From positions 30,940,001-31,000,000 of the forward strand of contig CM052818.1 of assembly GCA_028534125.1 (NCBI GenBank): a stretch of 60,000 nucleotides of DNA, read 5' to 3'. Source of the stretch: Lama glama (lineage: Eukaryota). The translations under genes were made by a program, and so were the position numbers. Under the pieces are notes generated by a model that did no database searches, was not told where the DNA came from, and saw nothing but the letters and a program-made list of their open reading frames with translations. The stretch's first letter is position 1. The number at the start of each line of letters is the position of its first letter. Below are positions 24,150 through 37,400 of this stretch, in pieces.

Positions 24150-24350
24150 TTTTAGGTGCCTTATAAAGGCTAAAGAATGAAATTTAAGGTGAAGCTAGAG
24201 GCCACTGCAGTAATCCAGGCAGCAAGGGACAGAAGTCTAGAGTTGAGTTGTGCCAGTGGAAGGACAGATTTGTATTAAAGAGATCAGAAGGAGGGAAGAC
24301 TTACAGGATTTGATGGCTGTCTGGATCTTTGATCTGAGAAGGAAGACAGG
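24150..24350 (-). mobile_element. L2 fragment
   Basis: gaggccactgcagtaatccaggcagcaag...acaggatttgatggctg. Confidence 0.55.
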
Positions 24351-24359
24351 AGAAAAACA

Positions 24360-24550
24360 GGTTAATCTTGGCTCCATAATTTACTTGCTCTTTGACTTTA
24401 GACAAGTCTTCTGAACCCCTAGTTCCCTCATCTATGAAATGAGACTAGTCATGCTTGCCTGGCCTATATTTTAGGATTTTTTTTTTGGTATGATTGAAAT
24501 AGGATAGTGGGTGTAAAAGAGGTGTAAAAGCCACTTGTGAACGTTTAAAG
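24360..24550 (+). mobile_element. MIR SINE fragment
   Basis: tgactttagacaagtcttctgaacccctagttccctcatctatgaaatgaga. Confidence 0.7.
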
Positions 24551-26782
24551 TCTTGACAAGTTTGAGGGTTTGTTTGCTGTTATCATGAGTTCCGTTTCTG
24601 ACGTGCGTTTTCAGTAGTGAGAGCTCCAAGAGGAAGCGGTGAGCTGACAGTTGGAAACATAGGGGGTATCCTGGAGAGAAGTGAGTGCCAGAACTCACAT
24701 TTGGGCCTCACCTGCCTATCTCTGGGGGAGGGGTGGAGAGAGGAGAGGGATGGGGTGGGTGGGCAAGGACTCGCCAGCAGAGAAATGGAACTGATTAGAG
24801 GCAGAGGTGTGGGGGTTGGAGACGGAACCAGGAACTCAATGAGGACAGGGTTTCCCAGAGCCGCAGCTTACCATCGCCCCCAAGATGTGAGAGAGAAGAT
24901 AACGCATCCAGGGATGAGACGGTGTCTGGACTATGCACAGGAGTTTCTGTAGAAAGTGAAGAGAAGCAAAAGCAGCAGCAGCTGAATTTAGCTGGAGAAT
25001 CAAGAGTAAGGGGAGGTAGGTCACAGGCTAGACAGAGTGTTCATCTAAATGGCTGGCTTTGGAAGAGACAATTGGGACAACCTCAGAGTCTTGCGCTGAG
25101 ATGGCATCATTCTGTATTTTGAAATGGAGACTCTTGTGGTTCTGCTGTGTGAAGTGTCAGGGTCATGAGGGAGGCCACCAGGGAAGACAGGTGCATTGGG
25201 TTTTGCAAGTAGGAGCCATGCCACACGTCACCCTGTCCGTGGGCACAGGAGGGAAATGCTCTCTAATCAGATATCTCAAAGCTTCCAGGGTTCAGTTGCT
25301 GGAGCACCTGGGGAAGTAGCCCACCCCAGCCAGCAGGGCTCATTTTGGAGACCTGATTCCTCGACTGCCATCTGTCCCCTCCCCTGCGGCGTTTGTTCCC
25401 CAACCTGAGGACGTTCACTGATCACAGTATGGCACTCAACTTGGGCTCGTGTGACTCCAGGCTCTCCCAGCTCAGAGCTGCTTTAGGAGCTGACTGCTCC
25501 CATGATGCCCTTAGGGTGTGGAATGCAGCCTTTCCCAGCTCCTCTCACAAAGCCTGAGCAGAACCCAGCTGTTTTTCCAGTGTGGAGCAAAGTGCAGCCC
25601 GAGGCGGGCTTCCTATCTCCCAGTGCAGGATGCACCTTCTGTCTTCAGGGCAGATCAGTGGAAGGTTGATATGACCTTAATGACTCAGCTGTGCTGCTGG
25701 GCTGTGCTGAGCAGGGGCTTCCTGGGCCAGAAAGAGAGAGAACAGCTCCCCTGGCAGGAAGGTTACAGAAGCAAGTTGTGCACTTGTTTGCGGGGACCTC
25801 TGGGCTTCTTCTGTCCTTTCATAGCCCTAAAATGCTTCCTAATCCAGACCTCGGTGGAAGGCACCAGAAAAGTGAAAGTAGCAAAAGTTGAACCCCGCTA
25901 CCCTAAAGTGCTGACTTCATGAGTTTCTTGCAGCCTGGAAAATTGCCCTGCCCTTGGTTGCTGTTCAGGACATCCTGGAGCCCCGCACCCCGACTTTCTC
26001 TTTCCCAACCTGAGCTCAGGTAGGGATTAGAGATCTGGGATGTCGGTGGCTGGAGTTACCTTAAGTGGGTGAGTCCTCAACCAGCCAGCCTCAGCAATTC
26101 CGCAGGGACCGTGGGCACCGAAGGCTTTCTGAGAAAAATCGCTCTTTCACAGGATAGGGCTTTGGGCCTGAGCCTCTGATTGGCTGCCCACCTTGGAGAC
26201 CTGAATGACTCCTTTGTATTCAGGAGTCTGACCCCTGGGTATTCCTCCCCCAGTCCCACCATGGCTTTAGCATGGCCTTCCTGAAGGACAGAGGCACCTC
26301 CAAGGAGTTCCTCCGAGGAGGCAGAGGGAGCAGGGCAGGAAGACACATTGCTGAGGGATGGGTCCGACCCCTGCACTGCTCTTGCACTGGGGCATGGAGG
26401 GGAAGGGTAGCCTCTGTCCCTCCTTACAAGTTGGGCTGAATGTCTAGCCAAGGTCCTGCCCCCACAGCCGCATTTCCTTATGGGATTCTAAGGGTAGCAG
26501 TTATTTTCAAGGCTCAGGCAGGGCATCTGCTGACTTCCTTTTAATCTGCATGATCTTGTTTGCATGCATCCTGATGTTGAGAGGTGCGCCAGCAAGCTGG
26601 AACTGTTTGGGGGTGAAGGAGGCACAAGCCGTGCTCTCCAGCTGCTCGCTGTCTGGAAGACACACATGTAATACCAAGTACGTTTGTAGGACGTGCTCTC
26701 ATAGAGTTCTGTCAGAGAGCCGGCACGCTGTGGCTGTCCAGAGCAGAGCAGGACCCATTCTTCCTGGAAAGACGGTGCGCGG

Positions 26783-27245
26783 TATATCCGTTAGAATATG
26801 GCTAAGCTGCTGTACCAAAAATTACAGTGATTCTACCAAGATAGACACGTCTTGTTTCCTTCGGAACAGTCTGGAGGTGGTCCAGGGTGGGCCATGCTGT
26901 ACGGCATGAACTCACGTGGAGAGCCCAGCTGTCTTGTTGCTTTCCAAGCCTTGGTGTGTTGTTCTTGTCCCCATGGCTGAGACTGGCCATCACCATCACA
27001 TCCACGTCCCAGCGCAGGGGCCGGGGGAAGGAGAGGAGTGGGGACGGTCCATGTCCTTTATAAAGGTTGTGACTTGTGTGTTGTACACATGATTTCCATT
27101 CACCTTCCATTCATTATGTGGTTCCATCTGGCTGCAAGGCAGGCTGGGAAATATGGTCACTAGTTGGGTGGCCGTGCCCTCCTAAGATGCAGGGATTCTC
27201 TTAACAAATGGATGAAGTGGAGAAAGATTCAAGGAGACAGTGATC
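26783..27245 (-). mobile_element. MLT1J/K-like MaLR LTR
   Basis: gctaagctgctgtaccaaa; catcacatccacgtcccagc; ctggctgcaaggcaggctgggaaatatggtc...gggtggccgtgccc. Confidence 0.75.
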
Positions 27246-27494
27246 AGTCTTTGCCTGGGTGGCTTCACAAGAGCCGCTGCTGCCCTGTGTGATTGATTGG
27301 GTGGGTGGTTGGGTATGGGTGGCGATGATAAGGTATTTGGGGATGATGCTGGTGGAGACACTAGGATGATGGTGGTGGCAGAGGCATCTGTGACCATGAA
27401 TGTGGAGGTGTGAGGGGCAGCGTGTGTGTGAAGAGGCAGGCTGACTCTTCCTGACTTCGGTTCTTTGTAGAAGAGTCACAGAGCTTGTCTGACC

Positions 27495-27625
27495 CTTCCT
27501 TTTGCAAATAAGAAAACAGATCCAGAGCGCTGAAGCGACTTGCTCAAGGTCGCACCGTTCCTGAGTTGCTGAATATAGAAACTCAGAGCTGAGTGTCTGC
27601 TCTTCTGGGCCAATACTCTTCCCTC
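27495..27625 (-). mobile_element. MIR SINE fragment
   Basis: ccttttgcaaataagaaaacagatccagagcgctgaagcgacttgctcaaggtcgcac. Confidence 0.75.
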
Positions 27626-30295
27626 TGCGCACAGTAGAATTTTCTTGGGTGGAGCAGTTTGATAAATGGGAGCATGGAAGGGCCCGGGAGAGCTGAGGGT
27701 AGTAAGAACATGAGAACTGCTACAGATGCCCTCCAGAAATGGCCCTCCACCTTCATTCTGGAAAGCAACGCTTTTATTTTGCTTTTGTTTTTGTTTTTGT
27801 TTTTGGATACAGCCAATCCCTCAACTGTAAGTTCTTCTCAGCTGCTGCTGCTTAGCACGGGAGCCGTCCTTTCCCTCTCCTCACCTTCCCTTCCCTGCTA
27901 GATATCGTGGCAATGACATACCACCTTGGCAGAGTTGGAGAATTTGTCATTTTTACATCTCCACATCCTAGTGTCTTCTGCTCCGAGTGACAAATAAATC
28001 CCTGGGCTGATGGCTGGCCCCGGCCATTCATTAAGCAAATAAAGCCCCAGCGTTCAAGCCGGAGACTCGTAAATAATCCCTGGTGTTTTATCCCCGTTGC
28101 CTGCTGCCTCCCAAGCTTTGCATATTTATAATACAGGAGCAGTATTTCTGACATAGCCTATTACGTGTGGGAGACGCAGGGGAGAAGGACAGACAGCAGA
28201 GGCTCTAAGCTGGATGGAGGCGGCCCGTTAACCAGGTCAGGTGCCCTGCAGCCCTGAGTGTTGACATTATCACCCAGCAGGGCTGAATTAGGGGTTCTGT
28301 CTTGCTGGGCCCAGAGCCCGCCCCAAGCTGGCTCCAATCAAGATGGGGGGGTGAGGGAGACCTGGGCCAAGTGGCAGCTTCAGCCGTTCTGTCCTGGGGT
28401 GGAGGACCATCATCTTGGAGAAGGGGAGTGGCTGTGGTATGGTGGAACCCTTGGCAAGGTCGTTAAGGGCATGGTTAATGATACTCCCCCCGAGAGAGGC
28501 CACACACCCTCACTCCTGTCTCCCTGGGGAGCCTCACGGGTGAGGGGTCAGACTTCCCCAGTAGGGAGCAGGAGGAAGATGAGAAAAAGTTCATGCCGGT
28601 AACAATGAGAATGAGGAGAATAATCAACACTAAAGAAGGGGCTCGAGCTCACATCGTCATGTGCATTACGTGCCTCACTACGTACACCCGTGAGCAGTGA
28701 ACTCAGCAGACCTCTGTTATCCCAGGAGGATGTCGCTAACGCAGCATCCTGCCCCTGGCATGCATGTATGCACACACACATACACGTGCACACACCCACA
28801 CCATGGCCCTCTCAGTGTGTCGTATCCCTCAGGCAGCATCTGCTGCCTAAAGCCTTCCAGAGGCGAAAGCTATTATTTATAGAGGTGCACAGTGTACACA
28901 GGAATAGGATGGTGGATGTGCATTTCATTTCAATTCCTATTTTAACCACAAAGGGTGTGCACATGGATTGTGGTGGGAAACAGTAACACAGATAGTGGGG
29001 CAACCCAGACTCTATATGATTTCTGAGAGGAATGGTTGGGACACACTACTATTAACTCACTGGTATCCATGTACCAGGTTTCTTCCGAAAGTGGCAAATG
29101 TTGGCTGATCTCACCCAGGATCCTTTAGTCTGGGGTCTGTGTACACTGTGCTAGGACCCCCAAGATTGAAGGTTTGCTCTCTGACCGGGCCCTGTGACAT
29201 CTCAGAGTAGGGAAATGATGAGAGCAGAGCCTGTCTTTAACCCCTGGTGAAAGCATGTGGTTGTCTCCTTTAGTGGGAAGTAGACCAGGGTGTTTTTTAA
29301 ATATGGATCATGACGCATTAGTGAATTGTAATTTTTTTTAAAGGCACAGGATGGAATGAGAAAGCATTACGAGCAGAAAGGGAGAGTTCATTCATAAAAT
29401 GTTAGTGCCGAGTAGGTATACTGGTCACAGCACAGAATGTGCTACTTACCTGGGGTTGGACCCTGAGAAGTGGACAGCGTTGGGAAGGCTGGAGCAGACA
29501 GGGCTCTGGATTTGGAGTTGAAGGTCTTGCGTTCAATTTCCAGCTGTGCCCTTGAGTTCTTCCACACATACTCACACACCCAGACTCAGGCCAGTCCTAT
29601 TTCTTGGTACATGAGCATAACAGAAATGAGCAGCCACGATGGCATGGTGGAACATTCCAGCTGGGAGACATCCTGGAGATTAGCCAGGTCTGCATGGACA
29701 TTTAAGGCCAGAGATGGGGAAAGGCTGGTCCATGGCCACACGGCACATTAGTGGTTGAGGCAGGACTGGAACCCACTGTGATTCTTGCCACAGCCCCCCT
29801 TCTGAGAAGCCATAGGCACGAAGGCCTCAGGAATCTCCTTAGAAGCAAAAGTCTCCATGAAGCGGCCAGGGTGTCCCAGCGTCACCCTCTTCTAGGCCTC
29901 ATTTGTCTCTGAGCTAGGGCAGGTGGCCACTTACACTATCACAGTCTACTCTCCAGCGTCTGTCTAGGGAGAGAAGACAAGATACTCTGCATCCAATTAA
30001 AAGCAGCAGGAGAGTGTAAGGGAGACAGAAAGCAATTCTCCTTCTTGGAAGCCAGCCAGGGCATCCTCGTGCCAAGATTAAGAAGAATCATACAACAGCC
30101 ATAATAGTGGGAAGGAGAAGCTTCCACAAGGCCTCAGGGACCTGGTGGAGTAAGAAGAGGAGAAAGGGAATCAAGGTGGGCATGCTGTAGAGAATCCAGT
30201 GGCCCAGGCCCTCACTGGAGAGAAGCGCCCTCCTGGAAGTGCCCTTGGGTCTCCAGCTGGCTCTGCACACTCGGAATGTCTAAGGACAAGCTTAC

Positions 30296-30678
30296 TGCAG
30301 TGCTCAATGCCACATGTCAGCTGGGTGAGGCTATGCGTCCCAGCTGCTTGTCCAACACCTGTCTAGATGTTGCTGAGAAGGTATTTTAAACACGCAATGA
30401 ACATTTAAATCAGTAGCCCTGGAGTCAAGCAGATGACCCTCCATTGAGTGAATGGGCCTCATCTAATCAGCTGAAAACCTTAAGCACAAAGAGTGAGGTT
30501 TCCTAGAGAAGCAGGAATTCTCCTCAAACCAGTAACATAGAAACCCTGCTGGAGTTTCCAGTCTTTGGACTCAAGACTGAACATCAACTCTTGCAGGAGC
30601 CAATTCCTTAAAAACTCTCCCTCCATCTCCCTCTCTCTCCTGTTGGTTCTGTGTCTCTGGACAGCTCTGACGAATGCA
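30296..30678 (+). mobile_element. MLT2D-like solo LTR
   Basis: atgtcagctgggtgaggctatg...ctagatgttgctgagaaggtatttt...gggcctcatctaatcagctgaa...ccaattcctta...ttggttctgtgtctctgga; TG...CA ends; TSD cttac/ctcac. Confidence 0.9.
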
Positions 30679-30954
30679 CTCACCATTTCATCTCCGCGCC
30701 TCCTCCTGTCACAGGTACCCACATCCTCATCCCCACCCCGGGTAGAGCTCACAGCCGACCTCATCTCTGCTCCTCTCTTCCCTCCACCCACATCCAGTTG
30801 GCCAACAAGCCTGTGAGTGTTTTCTCACTGCTGTAGGACTGTCATTTTCTACTGCCTGGCTCACATCTGGCCCTGTCTTGTCATTCTCTAGTCTGTCCTG
30901 TTTAGCCTTTTCCTATCTGGACAGTTGCAGTAGCCTCTTTAGCTCGCTCATACT

Positions 30955-31042
30955 CTCCCTCTCTCTCTCTCCATCCATGTCTCCTTGTGTCTATCGTCTG
31001 TCTCCACTCTTCTCTCTCTCTCTCAAGTTCTCTCTCTCTCTT
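30955..31042. repeat. Imperfect (CT)n low-complexity tract
   Basis: Several ctctctctct runs. Confidence 0.8.
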
Positions 31043-31109
31043 TCCATGTTATAATGGAGTGTGAGGGCAGATGCCTTGCAGATCGTGAGATTCAACCCCC
31101 GCTCATTGG

Positions 31110-31320
31110 TTCCGGAATCAGACTTCCTGCATTGGGATCTAGGCTTGCCAACTTCCCAGCATTACTATACATCTTTCTGCCTCAGTTTTCTCATCTCTGA
31201 AATAGGTATAATAGTAATAGCTACATCTTAGAGTTACAAGAAGGATTCAGTGAGGTGATCCACATAAAGTGTTTAACCCAATATAAATACTCAAATCAAC
31301 GTTAGCTAGTTTCATTACTA
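31110..31320 (+). mobile_element. MIR SINE
   Basis: ctgcctcagttttctcatctctgaaataggtataatagtaatagctacatc. Confidence 0.8.
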
Positions 31321-31582
31321 TCACAGAAAAAAAAAGTTGGCCCAAATTGACAAAGTGACTGGCTTGATGGAGAATGTTCCATGGTGTGGCTGAGCCACTG
31401 GTCAGGTATTCTGACTTCCAGTTTAGGGCTCTTTCTCTACTGTTCCAGCAGCCACCATCGCTGCCAGAAAGACTGTCCTGGAGCTGGCTGTGTGGGATCA
31501 CCCTCCTCAGAAGTTTTCAGTGGCTCCCCATTGCTTCTCCAAATAAAATCCACACTTTGGGACCTGGCATCCATTCAGCTAC

Positions 31583-33050
31583 TATTTATTGAGTAGGACC
31601 ACATGCCAGACCCTGGGCTGGGCGTTAGGGTTACCCATTGGGAGTTCCTACCCTCATGGGGCTTACATTCTAGTGAGAGAAAATAGAAGGCAAATAGATA
31701 TATGGTCTATATGGTGCCGATGAATGCTATGAAGAAACATAAAACAAAGTAAGGGGAAGGGTAGTCTGGAAAAGTCCTCTGAAAAGGTGAGGTGAGATTT
31801 GAGTGGGAGGGAGCAAGCCATGCAGATATTTCAGGGATAGGCATTCCAGGTGGCAGAAACAGCAAGTGCAAAGGCCCTGAGGTGGAAGCTTGGCAGGCAT
31901 GGTGGAGGAACAGCCAGGAGCCCAGTATGGCTGGAATGGGGTGAGTGGGGTCGGGGGGGAGAGCAGCAGGAGATGAGAGCAGGTGGGGTTTGGGGCTATT
32001 GTCAGGACTTTGTTCCTGAGGGAGTCGCAGCCAGGAGACAGTTTCGTGAAGAGGTGTATCATGACTTGACTTACATGTTTAAAGGATAATTATCATTGGT
32101 TTCTATGTGGAGAATAACCTCTAGGGAGAAAGGAAAGCAGCAGCGAGGCCAGTTAAGAGTTCTGATGAGAGATGACATTGGCTTGGGCTCTGGTGGTTGT
32201 GGTGGAAGTGCTGAGAGGTCCCCTGGGATATAGTTCAAGTTTACTGACAGAAAGGCTATGGGGAATGAGATGAGTCCAGAGTGATACATCCATTGGAGGC
32301 TGGAGAAGTGGGAAGGATGGATTTGCCTCGTACTGCGACGGGGAAGGCTTAGAGGAGCAGGTTCAGAGAGGAAATCATGGGTTGGGGACATATGTTCGGG
32401 AAATATTTTAGATCTTAAAGTGGAGACACTGGGGAAGCAGTTGGAAATGAAGAGGGGGAGGGGTTGGAGTCATCTCTGTGTTGAAATCCTTGGGACTAGA
32501 TGAGATCACACAGGACGCGTGTGTGGTATAGAAGAGAGGATGACTGGGTGCAGAACCGGGGGCACTTCCATGCTTAGCTGAGAGGAAGAGGCTGGAAGGG
32601 GCAGCCGGAGAGGTGGGAGAAAACCAAGAGAGAGTAGGGTCCCAGAGGCAAAGGAGGAAAGCACTCCCATGGGAGGGCTGGAGCCACTGTGCAGTGATGC
32701 TGCTGAATCAAGCATACTGAGCACTGAGACTTGTCAGTTGGATTTGATCATATGGATGACCTCCATAACTGCCACTGCAGTGGAGACATCAGGGTGAAAG
32801 CCTGATGTGGTGGGACTCAGGAGAGAAGGGGAGGAGACAGTGAAGACGGGAGTCTTTTTCCATAAAGGGAGTGACTGATGGCGAGGGACCTGGGATCAAG
32901 GGAGGGTTTTAAAGATGGAAAATATAGTACTAGGTCTGTGTGCTAATGGGAATGGTCCAGCAGAGAAGGGAACTGTGATGATGCAAGACTGAGAGGGCAC
33001 AATTATAGGAAGCAATCCCTTGAGGAGGCAAGAGGGGAGGCAAGTAGCGT
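31583..33050 (-). mobile_element. L2 LINE (~1.45 kb)
   Basis: atttattgagtaggaccacatgccagaccctgggctgggc; ggcattccaggtggcagaaacagcaagtgcaaaggccctgagg; gggactagatgagatcac; tcaagggagggttttaaagatgg. Confidence 0.9.
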
Positions 33051-34069
33051 TCCCACAAGACTCATCCTGGAAGTGGTCCCTGTTGGCCATCTGGGCTCTC
33101 TGCTCCGGCTCTCCAAGCAATTTCACTATCAGTGCTGATTTCTTCACCAAGCAGATGGAGTGCATGCTGAGGACAACAGCATAGCAGGGCCATCTGTGGG
33201 CGGGGAGTGAGGGAAGGGATTCAGCTCCCATCCGCTTACACAGAATTTTGGCTGCGAAGAACCTCTGTCCATTTCAGTCTACTTGTAAGTCCTGAGCTTT
33301 ACTGTGGCATACTGTTTTTATTTAGAATTACAGATGGGAGGCATCATGATTTCTTCTGGTCTTAGGACCCCCAAAGATCCTCATCAGGCTGCTCTCCTTT
33401 GCCCGCCTTTCTTCCCCTAAGAGGCTGTAAGTGCCAGAAACAGGCATTGCACTCCGCCTCCCACCCATCTCGGGGCCCCTGCAGTACCTCCTTAGCTCCT
33501 AAATATACATTTGCTACAGTGTGAAGACACTGTTTTGCAGAAGTGTTACATGGCAACTGGAGGCCCCGTGTGGGATGATATTCTGCCTTTGCAGGAGGTA
33601 GAGCGATGGTGAAGAGTGATCTATTCCGGAACTGGGGGAGAGCACGACCGCGGGGCTGAGGCTGGGGTCAGGATCTATAGACTCAGCCCACGGGGAGGCT
33701 AAGCAGGGTATTAGGATGGGCCTAGCATCCCCCCATTCCCCACAGAGGGCGGCCCCCGTGGCCTTCGTGTCTATATTAAAAGAGAAGACAGGCTTTGATT
33801 TGCCTGCTGATCCATATTTCTCCTAAGAAAATCAAGTGAGTCAAAGAACGGCTCTCCCTTCTTCCCTCCCTCCCCACTGTCCTGACCCCACCTCCCATCA
33901 ATCCATACACATATTTGCAAAACATGCGCAGGTCTCTGCAAATATTCTAGCTGTGAAAAATAGGCTGCAAAAATATATTTCAAAGCCACAGGGGAAGGAA
34001 GAATCTCGCTTCTATCTAATTCCTTATTGATGCATCTGCCTTCGCCCTTCACCACACACATAGCATATC

Positions 34070-34248
34070 TCATTACTCATAAGGACCACACCCTGGAAAG
34101 TAGATGTTATATCCCCATTTTAAAGATGAGAAAAACTGATCCGTAGAGAAGTGGAGGAACCTCCCCAGGGCACACAGCTAGGACAGGACAGAGCACACGT
34201 TCACCTCCAGCCTCTGGGCTCCCAGGATTCAGCCCAGTGCTCTTTCTA
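34070..34248 (-). mobile_element. MIR SINE
   Basis: atccccattttaaagatgagaaaaactga...cccagggcacacagctag. Confidence 0.85.
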
Positions 34249-34254
34249 CTACCC

Positions 34255-34445
34255 CAAGGGTCTGTCAACTTTTTCTTGAAAGGGCCAGATGGTGAATATT
34301 TTAGGCTCTGTAGGCCGTAGGGGCTCAGCTCTGCTGTTGGGGTGAGAAAGCAGCGCAGTGTGTCTGTCAGCTGGTGGGCGTGGCTTGTGCTTCCAGAGAG
34401 CTGTCTTCATCAGAGCAGGCGGCAGGCTGAATGTGGCGCCCAGGT
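34255..34445 (+). mobile_element. MER58A-like hAT-Charlie MITE
   Basis: caagggtctgtcaactttttcttgaaagggccagatggtgaatattttaggctctgtaggcc...ctcagctctgctgtt. Confidence 0.85.
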
Positions 34446-37400
34446 CCAAGACGAGCACCCCAGGCCTCCTCCAATGCTGCTCTTCCCTTCATGCCCTCTC
34501 GTGACCACAGCTTCACAAGGCCCTTGAAGTGTCCCTTCCTCGCCTGCACACTCCCCATCTGTGGGGCGCCTGCTGGCCTTCCCAGCTCTTGCGTGCGTCT
34601 CTCTTGGCTCCTGGATGGGCATTTCCACTCCTGCTCCCCCCTCCCCCCACCCCCCACCCCAGGCCCAGTGCAGGTGATGAAGAGCCCGGCTCCACATTTC
34701 TGACAGCAGTGGCTGGCAGAAGGGACCGTGTGGCTGAGATAAGCGAGTGTGTGCTGGGGAAGGGGGCTGGCCACGTGGGACGAGGGTTTCATTCCTGGAG
34801 AGGAATAATAAGCATGTAATTGGCTCTTCAGAAGTGTTCAGGCTGCTGGAAAGCCTGCTTCTCCCGCACACCGTGCTTTCTTCAGAGCTGCCGAGGCTGG
34901 CTCCCCCAGGGTGGGGCTGAGCTAGATGAATTCTGGACCAGCACAGGGGCCACCTTGTTCTCAGTGATCACTCTAAGCTGTATGATGTTTGGGAACTGAG
35001 AGGCCGGTTAGGACAAGACACAGGTAAGTTATTCCCACCAGCAACACAGGAGAAGTGGGTCTGGGAGGACCATTCCTAGATTCAGCCTGACTATTGAGGA
35101 GAAGAGAATTAAATAGCTTCCCCAGGATGCCAGGTCTCTTGAGGTCTGTAGACCATCGTTAAGTGACCCTGAGGCCACCTTGAACTCCAGGCACAGGTGG
35201 GAACTGCCCACCCCCCAGCTCTGTGCTGCCCAGAGAGGGTGCTCTGACAGTCTTTGGTGATGGGGAGAGCAGGGCCTGCTGGAGTGTTCTGTACTCCAGG
35301 GTGTCACTGACCCCCACGAAGTTATTAAAAACTGCAGCTGTGTGTTTGATGGATGCATTTTTACAAAACTCAGCTTTCACTTCTGGTTCAATCCCCTTTT
35401 AATGAACACAATTAAAATGTACTCTTCTATAGAGTGACTCTGTTTTCATGTCCCAGATAATGATTCAGCACTGCTTTGCTGTGTTCTAACTCATCTATCT
35501 GACGTGTTTGTTCCCCAGCCCCTGGTCAGTTAGCACTTGTCCGTCCAGTGCTGTTCGTGGGGGAGACCATTCACGCACCTCGTGCTCCCCTAGCACAGTT
35601 CCGCCCTTGGATTCTGGCACCGCAGTCCTCTTTCATATTTGTGGAGAGCTGTGAGGTTGGCAAACACTCTAACGTGCATCCTTTCACTTCATTCCCACAC
35701 TGACCCTGTGACCCAGGCAGCTCGGCTACCATGGTTCCCACTTCACAGAAGGGCTAAGGGAGGCTCCAAGCTTGGTCTTTTCAGGTCACACGGGGACTAA
35801 GTGCCGGCCTCTGGAAAGGGGGCAAAAGCTGCTTAACATCAATGTTTCCCCTGGGCTGCCCCATCATAACCCTCATGAGCTTTCATTGCAGCCTGCAGGC
35901 TCTTGATGCAGGTTGTGTGGTTATGTGGTTGTGTGGCGCACCCCTGATGGCCTGCTGCCTGACCCGAACCCCACAGGACACAGACAGATTCTCAATGAGT
36001 GGTCATTAGATGGGTGAATGAATGAGTGACCCTGGGACCCTCGTAAGTGACAACTTAAGTGTCAGACACTAGGCCCTGCAATTCTAGAAGGAAGAGTTCT
36101 TTACAAATGAAAATTAAAGCCAAACCCACTCAAAATAGCTCTGATGTCAACAAATTCTCAGCTCAAGTCTGATTCTAAATTGACTGCACTGTTTTGTGTT
36201 GACCTAGCGTTTAAGCTGGAGGACCAAGTGGAGGTGCGGCAGCCTCCACCCTTTCCAAGAAGGTTCTGGGCCTTGGGCTTCTGTCCTCCCATTCTGGAGG
36301 CCCAGAGTGGTGATGTAGGATGCCTGCATTTGCAGCCTGACTGCCCTCTACTACCTGTGGCCTTGGGGACATGACTTAATCTTTCTTACCTCGCGGTATT
36401 GTTCTGATGATTATTGAGATGATAGCCAATAAAACATTAAGCACAATGCCAGCCAACACCTAACTCACCTGTCACCAGCCCCTGTCACATTGTCATTTGT
36501 GAGGGGCCCAGGGTTACTGTTCATTCACCTACTGAATAACCACTCATTGAGAATCTGTCTACCCTGCAGGGCCTGGGCCAGGCAGGTGGCCGTGGGGCCC
36601 CACCACACAACCGCTGAGCCTGCAGGCCGCAGGGAAAGGCCCTGAGGTCCTGAGGGCCACGTGCTGAGCGAAATGGTGTGTTGTATTGTCACCACCCTGA
36701 CCTCATGCTCTCATATCTCTAAGAACCTACGCAAATTTCCTTGCTCCTCACTCAGTCTACCCCCAGAATCCCTCCCTGTTCCAGATGTCCTGTGCCTCAA
36801 ATACCTTTTTTAAAAAAGGAAAAAGAGCCCATCCTTCTAGACTCTTTAGTAAGACGGAACAATATGTGGCGATTATTCCTTTAAGTCCTTCAGAGCTGCC
36901 ACTGCCGGGTGCCCGAGATGGGCGCCCTCCTCTTCACTGGCGGAAGCCGGCCTGGAGGGCCCAGCAGCCCTGCTGGAGCTCCGGCCCGAGTGCCCCCTCA
37001 CCCCCTCGCCGCTCGCTCTCCAAGGCCTTCTCCCTTCACATGTCTCCAGGCCCCTTGCTTCTCAGGAAAACTGCCTCTCCAGGGGGCCAGGAGGCCGTTG
37101 ACTGGTTGGCCCTGACCTGACTCAGGATGTGAGCCAAGAGCCTCCCCCAAGGCCGAGGCCTGCGGGAGGGTCACCTCCCCCTTGTCACTGTAACTGCAGA
37201 CGCTCTTATTACTCACACAGACGACTCACCCTTGTTTAACAGCATATTAAACCATTAGTCTCCATGCCAGTGGGTTCAGTTAGTTCACAGTGGCAAAAGC
37301 TGATCATTAAATCCCCTTTTCCCTGCTTAATCTCTTTTAAATTGGTTGCCTTTTAATTTCATGAAGTGCCCTCTTTCTCGACAGTTCTATCATCTGGTGT

